A stretch of DNA of 64,000 nt from Chitinophagales bacterium (GTDB taxonomy: Bacteria > Bacteroidota > Bacteroidia > Chitinophagales > UBA8649): assembly GCA_049890075.1 (NCBI GenBank), contig JBMHCE010000033.1:80356-144355 (forward strand). The letters are read 5' to 3'. Shown here in pieces: positions 18,698-28,026 of this stretch (position 1 is its first letter; each line of letters starts with the position of its first letter). A program made the position numbers and the translations under genes. The notes beneath the pieces are model-generated. The model was not told where the DNA came from. It worked only from the letters and a program-made list of their open reading frames with translations, and made no database searches.

Positions 18698-19831
18698 ATG
18701 CGCATTATTCATATTATACCCAGCTTAGCAATTGGTGGTGCTGAAAAGATGTGTATAGATATATGTAATACCCTCTTCGATCAGGGGCACGATGTATTAC
18801 TTGTCCGACTAAGCACTATACAGGAATTTAATGAAAAGAGCTTCCGCTTTTCTACTCGAGTCATTCAAGAACATTCCACGCTTCGATTTTTGCGTGGGAT
18901 GATTAATGTTTCCAACGAGTGGAAGAACTTAGTTGAAGAGTTTGACCCCGATATAATTCATAGTCATTTGTTCGAGGCAGAAATTTTTTCTAAAAGCGTA
19001 CTTCGCCAAAAGACTGCATACTTCACTCATTGCCACGATAATATGCGCCAATTTAAACGAAGAGTCAATATATTCCGGCTGTTAAACAAAGAAGAATTTG
19101 CTCGCCTTTATGAGAGATACTTTTTACTCAATACCTACCGGTTGCTTGGGCAAAACCATTTTATCTGTATTTCAGACAACAACGCTACATATTTCCAAAA
19201 AAACCTATCAAAACATCTACGTATTGTTAAGCTACCCAATGCCATAAATGTCCAGGATTTTGAGAAAAAACGCACCAAACTTGACCCCAAAGAAACGCTG
19301 AGTCTTGTTTCGGTTGGTTCACTAACTCCATTGAAAAACCACTCTTATCTAGTGAAGGTGCTTTATGAGTTAAATAAAAATCGACTCCGCGCCAAACTTG
19401 ATCTTGTAGGAGGTGGTCCACAATCGGGTGACTTACAAAAGATGGCACACAATTTCTCGCTTCACGAGACCATATCCATCCATGGAAAACAGACTGAGGT
19501 GTCTTCCTTTTATCAAAAGAACACCTTGTATATACATAGCGCAAAATCCGAAGGGTTCGGGCTTACACAAATAGAAGCAATGGCAGCGGGGTTGCCTGTT
19601 ATCGCACTAGATGCTGGTGGCAATAGGGACATTGTAAAAGACGGGGTGAATGGGTGCCTTCTGCCACAAGACACAAAGCCCGAAGAGTTTGCAGCAAAAA
19701 TTATTGCTGTCTGGGAGGATAAAGAACTGTTAACGTCTCTGCAAAAGGGAGCCATAGAAACTGCCACCCAATATGATATCGAGCCCTATTGCAAAAAACT
19801 AGTTAAACTTTACGAAGATGCTTTACGCTAG
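18698..19831 (+). CDS. Glycosyltransferase family 4 (GT-B, group 1)
   Basis: 377 aa with an N-terminal IIPSLAIGGAEKM and a C-terminal E-x7-E region SEGFGLTQIEAMAAGLPVIA. Confidence 0.88.
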   Translation: MRIIHIIPSLAIGGAEKMCIDICNTLFDQGHDVLLVRLSTIQEFNEKSFRFSTRVIQEHSTLRFLRGMINVSNEWKNLVEEFDPDIIHSHLFEAEIFSKSVLRQKTAYFTHCHDNMRQFKRRVNIFRLLNKEEFARLYERYFLLNTYRLLGQNHFICISDNNATYFQKNLSKHLRIVKLPNAINVQDFEKKRTKLDPKETLSLVSVGSLTPLKNHSYLVKVLYELNKNRLRAKLDLVGGGPQSGDLQKMAHNFSLHETISIHGKQTEVSSFYQKNTLYIHSAKSEGFGLTQIEAMAAGLPVIALDAGGNRDIVKDGVNGCLLPQDTKPEEFAAKIIAVWEDKELLTSLQKGAIETATQYDIEPYCKKLVKLYEDALR

Positions 19832-21015
19832 GTGAACTGCTTTAAGAACGCCATGTAGTTCTTTTCCGCGTTAAACTTATTCTGCCACGTGTTCTTCGCA
19901 TTTTCTGCCATAGCATATAGACGGCCTTCATCCAGTGCCTGAATCAAATGAGCTACAGCCTCAACGCTTAGGTCATCGTCATGTAAGAGCCCATTATTTC
20001 CATCTTCAATTATCTCAGAAACTCCGCCTACATTGGTACCCACACAAGGAATGCCAACACTCATGGCCTCCATCATAGAAACCGGAAGACCCTCTGTGGT
20101 GCTTTGGTTGATAAAGAGGGTATTATTAGCATTTTCGCTTAACCACTGGTGAACGGTTTCGTTGGATTGGCGACCATGAAAACTATATCCTTCCACCCCT
20201 GACCTATCCAACCAACCTTTTACTTCTGCTTCCAGTGGGCCATCTCCAAAGTGGTTCCATCTCCATGTGGAGTCGCTCTGATAAAGCACAGCAAAGATTG
20301 CTGCGATTCGCTGAACGCGCTTTAACTCTATACATGATGATATAGACACTAACGTTTTAGTGCCTTGGCGGTTTTTTGCTTCTGCTTTTTTCGGCGGTGG
20401 AGTACCGAGATAAAAAAGGTCTAGATTGGTAAACCCCTGGTCTCGCAATGCTTCTGCTCCGTGCTTTGAAATTGGACAAACCACTAATTCCGAGCTAGCC
20501 AGATAGGACCTATATGGCAAATATTTATGAGGATGGCGTACTGGATAAACGTCCCATCCATGGGCTCTGCTTATCGCAAAGGCCCCGTCTCTTTGGGCAA
20601 GAAATGCTGCGGCCATCGCCCCCTCGTCAAGCCAATAGCTGTAGTATGTAATCTCACCTGCAATATCCTTTGTTGATGTTTTGATTTGCGTGAGCCGTTT
20701 GTTGATGCCCTGCCAAGATCGGTAGGCAATTTTTGATTTAGACCAATGACCCATAAGGCGGAAGCACTCTTGGAACAAGGTGCGCCAGCCTATTGAGTGA
20801 TGCCTTGAGCCATAGGGTGTCCCAATAACACAGTTTGATGGCATTATTCTGGGACTGCCCGGAGTGTTTTTTGGTAAGACAATAATCTGGTCAAATGCTT
20901 CTGACAATATGGAAATCTCGTGTTCAATGAAGGTCTCTTGCCGGCCAAATGGATACTCTGCTGTAATAAACACGAGACTACGTTGAGAAGCTAAAGAATT
21001 CTTTGAGGGATTCAT
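19828..21015 (-). CDS. Glycosyltransferase family 4 (GT-B)
   Basis: 395 aa with TEGLPVSMMEAMSVGIPCVGTNVGGVSEII. It is the only minus-strand gene in this part of the locus and is convergent with the previous GT4, overlapping it by 4 nt. Confidence 0.85.
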   Translation of the reverse strand: MNPSKNSLASQRSLVFITAEYPFGRQETFIEHEISILSEAFDQIIVLPKNTPGSPRIMPSNCVIGTPYGSRHHSIGWRTLFQECFRLMGHWSKSKIAYRSWQGINKRLTQIKTSTKDIAGEITYYSYWLDEGAMAAAFLAQRDGAFAISRAHGWDVYPVRHPHKYLPYRSYLASSELVVCPISKHGAEALRDQGFTNLDLFYLGTPPPKKAEAKNRQGTKTLVSISSCIELKRVQRIAAIFAVLYQSDSTWRWNHFGDGPLEAEVKGWLDRSGVEGYSFHGRQSNETVHQWLSENANNTLFINQSTTEGLPVSMMEAMSVGIPCVGTNVGGVSEIIEDGNNGLLHDDDLSVEAVAHLIQALDEGRLYAMAENAKNTWQNKFNAEKNYMAFLKQFT

Positions 21016-21055
21016 GACTACCTTTAAAGTAGGTACAATTCCGCATTAGACCGCC

Positions 21056-22357
21056 ATGGCTGAGTATCGAATTTTAATTCTTGCCTATGATTTTCCTCCA
21101 AACCTTTCTATTGGTGGACAGCGGCCGTGGTATTGGGCAAAACACCTTAATGAACATGATATTTACCCTGTGGTCATCACACGGCATTGGAATGCCTCAT
21201 TACATTCTGCCACTGACTGTGTTAAACCAAGCGCAAGCCAAGCTGTTCAAGACCTGAAGCATGACAACTACCGAATTATAAGACTTCCGTTTAATCCAGG
21301 GCTAAGGGATCGAATGACTTTGCATTATGGAGAAAACAAGCGGAAATGGTTACGTAAGGCAGTTTCGTTTTTTATGGCCCTTGGCGAGCATCTTCTTCCC
21401 AGAGTTGGGGATAAGTACTTTTTATACAAAGAAGCAAAACAACGAATTGCATCGCTTCATGTAGATGCCATTCTTGCTACTGGAGAGCCCTTTGTTTTAC
21501 ATACCTATGCCTCGCGCCTCGGAAAACAGTTTAACCTACCTGTTATCCTGGATTATAGAGATGGCTGGACGTCCAATCAAGAAAAGAAATCATTGTCGTT
21601 GGCCGAACAACTTCTACACCTATCTAACCGCTTTAGTGAGCGAAACAATCTAACTGGTGCGTCGCTTGTTACCGCAGCCTCGCCTTCATACCTCAAAAAA
21701 ATTCGAACGCAATTGATGAAAAAACAGGCGTCAGCTGTTATATATAACGGCTATGATAGCGAAGTGGTTGGCGAGCTTAAGCCCCCTAGTGCAAACAACG
21801 TATTCACTATTGCATATGCTGGAAGATTGTATGATTATCAGCGCCTCGAAAGCTTTCTTGAAGGCCTCCGGGTTTTTATAACCCACCATGCGGGTGCAAA
21901 AATTAAAGTTGTTTTTTATGGACTATCCTTTTATCCAGCAATGGTTAATCGTGTCAAGGTTTTTCATCAATCGCTAGGGGCACACCTTGCCTTTACTGAC
22001 AGAATAGCCTATCCTGCGCTAATGCAAAAACTTCATGATGCAGATGCCCTTCTGCTGTTATCGGCCCCAAAGGCGGATTGGTTAAGCGCGAAGGTCTTCG
22101 ACTATTTGCCTCACAAAAAGCCCATACTCCTTGTTGAAGGCGACCAAGGGGTTTTGGAAGAGATTTTGGGGGAAACATCGCTCGGCTTTATTTGCAAGAA
22201 CGCCAATGAGGTTGCTTCCTATCTCAAAGAGCTGTACGCTGCTTGGTCTCTTTCCAAAAACACCGAAATAAAGAGTTCATCTCATTCCCAAGCATTTACT
22301 AGACAAGCGAGCACTAAACAACTCGCTGATTGCCTACATAACATAAATCGACGCTGA
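21056..22357 (+). CDS. GT-B fold glycosyltransferase (GT4-like, divergent)
   Basis: 433 aa with an N-terminal ILILAYDFPPNLSIGGQRPWYWAKHL (Glyco_trans_4-like). The C-terminal half has LLLLSAPKADWLSAKVFDYLPHKKPILL. No clean E-x7-E is seen. Confidence 0.6.
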   Translation: MAEYRILILAYDFPPNLSIGGQRPWYWAKHLNEHDIYPVVITRHWNASLHSATDCVKPSASQAVQDLKHDNYRIIRLPFNPGLRDRMTLHYGENKRKWLRKAVSFFMALGEHLLPRVGDKYFLYKEAKQRIASLHVDAILATGEPFVLHTYASRLGKQFNLPVILDYRDGWTSNQEKKSLSLAEQLLHLSNRFSERNNLTGASLVTAASPSYLKKIRTQLMKKQASAVIYNGYDSEVVGELKPPSANNVFTIAYAGRLYDYQRLESFLEGLRVFITHHAGAKIKVVFYGLSFYPAMVNRVKVFHQSLGAHLAFTDRIAYPALMQKLHDADALLLLSAPKADWLSAKVFDYLPHKKPILLVEGDQGVLEEILGETSLGFICKNANEVASYLKELYAAWSLSKNTEIKSSSHSQAFTRQASTKQLADCLHNINRR

Positions 22358-24183
22358 TGTGTGGGATCCTTGGTTTAGTTTCATTACGTGATACTAAGAA
22401 AGAACAATCGCCCGAACGAGTCAAGGGCATCTTAAAACACCGAGGGCCTGATCGGTTTGCCTTTACACAACTTGGAGCTTGCACCCTTTGGCACTATCGA
22501 CTAAGTGTTATCGATCCTTCAGAACGCGGGAACCAACCCCTAACCACATCTTCTGGGCGATACACGTTGGTTTTTAATGGAGAAGTATACAATTATCAAC
22601 GCCTGAAAAAGCAGTTTAACCTGCCATGTGAAGGAGGGTCAGATAGTGAAGTGGTTTTACTGTTATTTGAGGCCTTAGGAAGCAAAGCACTCGAACACTT
22701 TGAAGGAATGTTTTCCCTGGCCATCTGGGACGCGCAAGAAAACGAGTTGCTTCTTGCACGAGATAGAATAGGAATAAAGCCCCTTTTCTATGCCGAAACC
22801 AAGGACACTGGTTTTGCCTTTTCCTCCGAAATAAAGGGGATTCAGGCTCTCGAGCAAGTAAGCCCAACCAAAAAATACATAGCAGACTACTTAAGCTTGG
22901 GCTTTGTTCCTGGAGAAAACACGCTCTTTCAAGGAGTCCAACAAGTCAAACCAGGATGTTACCTCCGAGTAAAAAATGGAAAGATTAGTCATCATACATT
23001 CTATTCATTATATGATCGCGTCAAAAAAGAACCCTCACCACCTAGATCGTACAGTGAAGCAAAAAAGTTATTACGAGAGCTCATTTACACCAGTGTGAGT
23101 GATCGTTTGGTTGCAGATGTACCCTTGGGTTGCTTCTTAAGCGGTGGTATCGACTCTAGTTTGGTCGTGGCCGTAGCCCAAGACCTCCTCGGTGGAAACC
23201 TAAAAACCTTTTCAATTGGATTTAAAGAAGCCGCCTTTAATGAGGCATCCTACGCTGCCAACATTGCACATTATCTCAACTGCGAACACCACACCAAGAT
23301 GTTTGGTCAGGATGACTTACTCGATATATTTTCCAACTTCCTCTCAATGACTGATGAGCCTTTTGGCGACACGTCATTACTACCCACCGCACTTGTCTCC
23401 CAGTTTGCACGAGAACACGTGACCGTTGCGCTTTCGGGAGATGGGGGAGACGAGGGTTTTTTAGGTTATGGGATGTATTCTTGGTCAAAACGGTTAGACA
23501 GTACAATGCTTCGATCTGTGGGTCGCGCTGCAAGTCCGCTTGTTAAACTCTTTGGAAACTCCCGCTACAAAAGGGCCTTTGCACTCTTTGAGCGGCATAA
23601 TAAAGACCAAAGACAACGCCATGTTTTTTCCCAAGAACAATACTTCTTTAGCCAGAAAGAGATCGGTTCCCTTGCCAATAAACCCAGTGCACCTTCTCCC
23701 ATACCCCCATTGCCCGCTTGGATGAGCGCTGAAGAAAAACAAGCCTTCTTTGACTATTGCTGGTATCTTCCTGACGACCTGCTGGTAAAGGTAGACCGTG
23801 CCTCCATGGCCCACAGCTTAGAGGTTCGAGTTCCTCTTTTGGACCACCGTATTGTTGAATTTGCTCTGCGCCTACCTGTGCATTGGAAAAAAAGAAAATC
23901 TGTTACAAAGTATATTCTCAAGGACATCCTTTTTGACCTTGTACCCAAGGAATATTTTAATCGTCCTAAACAAGGATTTAGTATTCCGCTGTCAACATAT
24001 CTAAAAGGACCACTAAGGCCATGGGTTGATCAACATTTAACAAGAAACGTTGTAACAAAACATGGGTGGGTAGAATATAGCATGGTGGAAGAATATAAAC
24101 GGCGGTTTTATAGCAAGGGCGAGGAATACCTTTACCACCGCGTCTTCCTCTTAACCTTACTTCATCAATGGCTAGAGAAGTAG
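22357..24183 (+). CDS. Asparagine synthase (glutamine-hydrolysing) family amidotransferase, paralogue 1
   Basis: 608 aa with MCGILG (Ntn Cys2), RLSVIDPS..GNQPL and the PP-loop FLSGGIDSS. Its start codon shares one nt with the upstream stop. Confidence 0.9.
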   Translation: MCGILGLVSLRDTKKEQSPERVKGILKHRGPDRFAFTQLGACTLWHYRLSVIDPSERGNQPLTTSSGRYTLVFNGEVYNYQRLKKQFNLPCEGGSDSEVVLLLFEALGSKALEHFEGMFSLAIWDAQENELLLARDRIGIKPLFYAETKDTGFAFSSEIKGIQALEQVSPTKKYIADYLSLGFVPGENTLFQGVQQVKPGCYLRVKNGKISHHTFYSLYDRVKKEPSPPRSYSEAKKLLRELIYTSVSDRLVADVPLGCFLSGGIDSSLVVAVAQDLLGGNLKTFSIGFKEAAFNEASYAANIAHYLNCEHHTKMFGQDDLLDIFSNFLSMTDEPFGDTSLLPTALVSQFAREHVTVALSGDGGDEGFLGYGMYSWSKRLDSTMLRSVGRAASPLVKLFGNSRYKRAFALFERHNKDQRQRHVFSQEQYFFSQKEIGSLANKPSAPSPIPPLPAWMSAEEKQAFFDYCWYLPDDLLVKVDRASMAHSLEVRVPLLDHRIVEFALRLPVHWKKRKSVTKYILKDILFDLVPKEYFNRPKQGFSIPLSTYLKGPLRPWVDQHLTRNVVTKHGWVEYSMVEEYKRRFYSKGEEYLYHRVFLLTLLHQWLEK

Positions 24184-24207
24184 TACTTTACAGAAGAATA
24201 CATCGCT

Positions 24208-25194
24208 GTGTTTAAGAGAAAGACTTTTTTAGTAACCGGTTGTGCCGGGTTCATTGGATCACATGTTGCCGAAAGGTTACTTTCTTTAGGCCACCTGGTC
24301 TATGGCATGGACAATCTAGACCCCTTTTATCCTCGGGAAATCAAAGAGGAAAACTTGAGCATACTTGCGGCATATCCTAACTTTCATTTTGAAGAGTGTT
24401 CTCTTCAAGATCTTAAAGATTGCCGTTGGGTTGCAGATGGGGTCACATTTGATTGCATCATTCATTTGGCCGCTAAGGCAGGGGTTCGGCCTTCCATTGA
24501 ACGACCAGGAGATTACATAAAAAGCAACATTCTTGGAACCCAGGCGGTCATTGACCTGGCAGAAGCAACTCAATGTAAAGACATTCTCTTTGCCTCTAGT
24601 TCTTCAATTTATGGCAACTTGTCAACGCTTCCTTTTGATGAAGAAATGAATGTGAGTAAGCCTATTTCGCCCTATGCTTATACCAAAAGAGCCAATGAAC
24701 TTCAATTGTTTGAAGCTCATCACCGATTGGGGTTAAATGTTTGTTGCTTGCGGTTTTTTACTGTGTTTGGGCCTCGACAGCGACCCGATCTCGCTATCTG
24801 TAAGTTTATCGACCTGATTAAGCGAGGTCAACCGATTACGCTATACGGTGATGGGAGCACAAGAAGAGATTACACGTTTGTAGATGATATTGTTGAAGGG
24901 GTGCTTTCCGCAATACGCCTTTTAGCAAGTGGCGCTTCTCAGTATGAAATTATTAATCTTGGTGGAGGTAACCCGATTACACTTTCTACAATGGCTGATT
25001 TGCTCTATGAGAAATTAGGTGAGACCCCGAAAATAGAGTATCACCCTATGCAAGAGGGAGATGTTAATTACACCCATGCCAACATAACCAAGGCATACAA
25101 CCTATTGCAGTATGAGCCTAACGTATCATTTTCCAAGGGGCTTGACCTGTATATAGAGTGGCTTGCCCAGCACGGGAAACACTCAAACAATTAA
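24208..25194 (+). CDS. NAD-dependent epimerase, UDP-glucuronate 4-epimerase-like (SDR)
   Basis: 328 aa with a GTG start. It has LVTGCAGFIGSH, the catalytic YAYTK and LRFFTVFGPRQRPDLA, which is characteristic of the UDP-GlcA/GalA 4-epimerase subgroup. Confidence 0.8.
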   Translation: MFKRKTFLVTGCAGFIGSHVAERLLSLGHLVYGMDNLDPFYPREIKEENLSILAAYPNFHFEECSLQDLKDCRWVADGVTFDCIIHLAAKAGVRPSIERPGDYIKSNILGTQAVIDLAEATQCKDILFASSSSIYGNLSTLPFDEEMNVSKPISPYAYTKRANELQLFEAHHRLGLNVCCLRFFTVFGPRQRPDLAICKFIDLIKRGQPITLYGDGSTRRDYTFVDDIVEGVLSAIRLLASGASQYEIINLGGGNPITLSTMADLLYEKLGETPKIEYHPMQEGDVNYTHANITKAYNLLQYEPNVSFSKGLDLYIEWLAQHGKHSNN

Positions 25195-25203
25195 CGAGCT
25201 GAC

Positions 25204-26439
25204 GTGGCCACTGTCTTATACATAACATTTGACGGTATAACTGACCCCCTCGGAAGGTCGCAAATCCTTCCCTATCTCATCGGCTTACGGCAGCGTGGAC
25301 ACACCATTCATATCCTGTCACAAGAAAAACAAGATCAACTTAAGAACGACAAGGCATCAGTAGATCAGACGCTAGAAAAGCACGGTATTTATTGGGACTA
25401 CATCGTTTACAAAAACAAGCCAGCCATTATACAGCCCTTGGTTCAGCGGAGCAAAATCAAAAAAATGGCGTTTGAGATTATAGCTAATAAGCAGGTAAAA
25501 CTCACTCACTGTAGAAGTTATATGGCTGGATCTGTTGGACTAGAAATCAAAAGAAAGCATGGCATTCCCTTTGTCTTCGATATGCGCGGTTTTTGGGCCG
25601 ACGAAAGAAAAGAAGGGGGTCTTTGGCCATACAGCAACCCAATATACAGAGCCGTATACAAGCGCGTTAAGCGGCTTGAAAGAAAACTTCTTCAAAACGC
25701 TGACCATATCATATCCTTAACTCACAAAGGGAAAAATATAATAGAAGGGTGGAATCACATTAGAGGTTTTAGTGGGTCAATTTCGGTTATTCCCTGTTGT
25801 GCAGATCTAAAACACTTTGATCCTAGTCGCTATTCATCTAATGACAGAGAGACCTTACGTAAATCATATCATTTAGCCCATGAAGATGTTGTAATCGGAT
25901 ATGTAGGGTCCATTGGCACATGGTATATGTTAGATGAAATGTTGGACGCTTTTGCTATTTGGCAAAAACATATTCCCAATTTGAAGCTTTTCTTCTTGTC
26001 GAAACTCTCCCAAAGTGGTATACAACCAAAGCTTGACGCAAGAGAAATACATCCTGATTCTGTAAGAATCCAATCAACTAGTTATGACCATGTTCCCAAA
26101 CACATCGCAATGTTTGATGTTGGATTGTTTTTTATTCTGCCCGTCTTTTCGAAGTCGGCCTCATCTCCTGTTAAGCAAGGAGAGATGCTAGCCATGGGAT
26201 TGCCTGTTTTGTGTAATAGGGGAGTGGGAGACACCGATCGTGTGATTGAAGAAATTGATGAGGCCCTTTTAATCGACGAGTTTAACGAGAATGGATATAA
26301 GAAAGCCCTTCCTATACTTGGGGATAAGACGTATTCCAAAAGGATTGGCCCTTTGTGCCAAAGCACCGCAAAACGTTGGTTTGATGTTAAACAGGGTGTT
26401 GAGACCTATCATTCCGTTTACGAAAAACTCAGCCGCTAA
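25204..26439 (+). CDS. GT-B fold glycosyltransferase (GT4-like)
   Basis: 411 aa with a GTG start. It has an N-terminal LYITFDGITDPLGRSQILPYL and a C-terminal SSPVKQGEMLAMGLPVLCNRGVGD. Confidence 0.7.
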   Translation: MATVLYITFDGITDPLGRSQILPYLIGLRQRGHTIHILSQEKQDQLKNDKASVDQTLEKHGIYWDYIVYKNKPAIIQPLVQRSKIKKMAFEIIANKQVKLTHCRSYMAGSVGLEIKRKHGIPFVFDMRGFWADERKEGGLWPYSNPIYRAVYKRVKRLERKLLQNADHIISLTHKGKNIIEGWNHIRGFSGSISVIPCCADLKHFDPSRYSSNDRETLRKSYHLAHEDVVIGYVGSIGTWYMLDEMLDAFAIWQKHIPNLKLFFLSKLSQSGIQPKLDAREIHPDSVRIQSTSYDHVPKHIAMFDVGLFFILPVFSKSASSPVKQGEMLAMGLPVLCNRGVGDTDRVIEEIDEALLIDEFNENGYKKALPILGDKTYSKRIGPLCQSTAKRWFDVKQGVETYHSVYEKLSR

Positions 26440-27427
26440 AAGGGTGTTTGCTTTGGAGACTGCTAACTAATGGGTGGGCGTCTTCTGGATTTTTAGGGAG
26501 AGCTGGCGTCATATTCCTCATGGCGGTAAGAAGTTCTATTGCTGGTTGTGCATCGGCCAAAGAACAACTCTTACCGTTCAAAATATCTCGGTATACCTCG
26601 GTATGAAGGTCCATAAATCCATCACTAAAACTTACCTCTTGCTTATCTACCCTTAACCTTCTGTGGCTACCTGTTTTTGAATTGGTTGACCTTCCCGGAA
26701 TTGTACTTCCATCTATTGACAAGAAGTACCGCACTTTTGCATCTTGAAACTCGATGAGGCCCGCCTCTCTATCATGGCTTCGATCGTGTACCCTACAGGC
26801 TAGCGCCGGACCATATACCCACAACAGCATATCAAAAAAATGTATACCAATATTGGTAGCTAATCCGCCCGACTTTTCTTGACTTCCTTTCCAAGAGGCA
26901 TAGTACCAGTTGCCCCGTGGTGTTATATAGGTTAGCTCCACATCTGCCTTAGAAGGCTTACTGTGACCTGCCTCCATTTGATTTTTCCAAGCAAGTACTG
27001 AGGGGTGCTTCCGAAGTTGTAAAATTGGATGAACCTTTTTGTTTTCTTCTTTTTCCAATTGCAACAGCCCTGATACGTTCTTTGCATCTATTACAATAGG
27101 TTTTTCACAAATAACCTCCATACCTTGACGCAAACCAAATCGTATGTGGGCATCATGAAGGTGGTTTGGGCTACAAACCACTAGATGGGTGATTGGATTG
27201 CCCAATTGTCTTTGCTTATCTAAAAACCGATCAAATCGCTCAAATGAAGTAAAAAAGTAAGCGCTAGGAGCGTATTGATCAAGAATGCCTATGCTATCGT
27301 TAACGTCATATACAGCAGCCAACTCGTGGCCCAATTCTTGAATTGCCTTGTAGTGTCTTGGCGCAATATATCCTGCTCCACCAATAAGCGCAAATCGCTG
27401 AATGTTTTGGGATTTATCTTTTTTCAT
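26429..27427 (-). CDS. Gfo/Idh/MocA oxidoreductase, WbpB-like (UDP-GlcNAcA 3-dehydrogenase type)
   Basis: Start placed at the internal Met (MKKDKSQNIQRFALIGGAGYIAPRHYKAIQELGHEL...DSIGILD...FFTSFERFDR). The ATG shares 1 nt with the upstream TAA, consistent with translational coupling. The longer track ORF reaching 27541 would overlap the upstream gene by 115 nt. Confidence 0.75.
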   Translation of the reverse strand: MKKDKSQNIQRFALIGGAGYIAPRHYKAIQELGHELAAVYDVNDSIGILDQYAPSAYFFTSFERFDRFLDKQRQLGNPITHLVVCSPNHLHDAHIRFGLRQGMEVICEKPIVIDAKNVSGLLQLEKEENKKVHPILQLRKHPSVLAWKNQMEAGHSKPSKADVELTYITPRGNWYYASWKGSQEKSGGLATNIGIHFFDMLLWVYGPALACRVHDRSHDREAGLIEFQDAKVRYFLSIDGSTIPGRSTNSKTGSHRRLRVDKQEVSFSDGFMDLHTEVYRDILNGKSCSLADAQPAIELLTAMRNMTPALPKNPEDAHPLVSSLQSKHPFSG

Positions 27428-28011
27428 TAGACCAAGGTTAATCCCTTTGAAGTAAGCCGATACAACTCTCCGCCTTCTGGGCAAAAAGCTTCTTCGCCAG
27501 GATTCTTTAGATCTAGCTTGTGTCCTGACATGCTCACCCAACCTTGATGCGTTGCCGGATTACCATATACCAATTGGAACGGCTTAACATCTTTTGTTAC
27601 GACCGAACCCGCACCCACAAAACCGTAAGATCCTATTTCCACTCCACACACAATCGTTGCGTTGGCGCCAATACTAGCTCCTTTTCGTACGTAAGTTTGT
27701 TTAAACTGATCTTTTCGCACGAGGTGTGCCCTTGGGTTGATCACGTTGGTAAACACCATAGAGGGACCCAAAAAAACATCATCCTCACACACCACCCCCT
27801 CATAAATTGAGACATTGTTTTGGACTTTTACATTATTGCCCAATACACAGCGCGAAGCGATAAAACAGTTCTGACCAATTGTACACTCTTTTCCCATCTC
27901 TACACCTTGCATAATATGAGTAAAGTGCCAGATCTTACTTCCTTCACCTATCGTTGCCGGTTGATCAACTGTAGCTGAATCGTGAACAAAAACGTTTGAT
28001 TTGTGTATCAT
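27427..28011 (-). CDS. Left-handed beta-helix N-acetyltransferase, WbpD-like (UDP-2-acetamido-3-amino-2,3-dideoxy-glucuronate N-acetyltransferase type)
   Basis: 194 aa with hexapeptide repeats: IGEGSKIWHFTHIM...IGQNCFI...LGNNVKVQNNVSIYEGVVCEDDVFLGPSMVFTNVINPRA. Confidence 0.75.
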   Translation of the reverse strand: MIHKSNVFVHDSATVDQPATIGEGSKIWHFTHIMQGVEMGKECTIGQNCFIASRCVLGNNVKVQNNVSIYEGVVCEDDVFLGPSMVFTNVINPRAHLVRKDQFKQTYVRKGASIGANATIVCGVEIGSYGFVGAGSVVTKDVKPFQLVYGNPATHQGWVSMSGHKLDLKNPGEEAFCPEGGELYRLTSKGLTLV

Positions 28012-28026
28012 TTTCTCTTACCTCTG

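Noticed and set aside
27428-27541. N-terminal 38 codons of the track ORF 26429-27541.
   Set aside because: They would overlap the upstream acetyltransferase gene by 115 nt. The internal Met at 27427 gives the canonical Rossmann start (RFALIGGAGYIAPRH) and a TAATG coupling junction.
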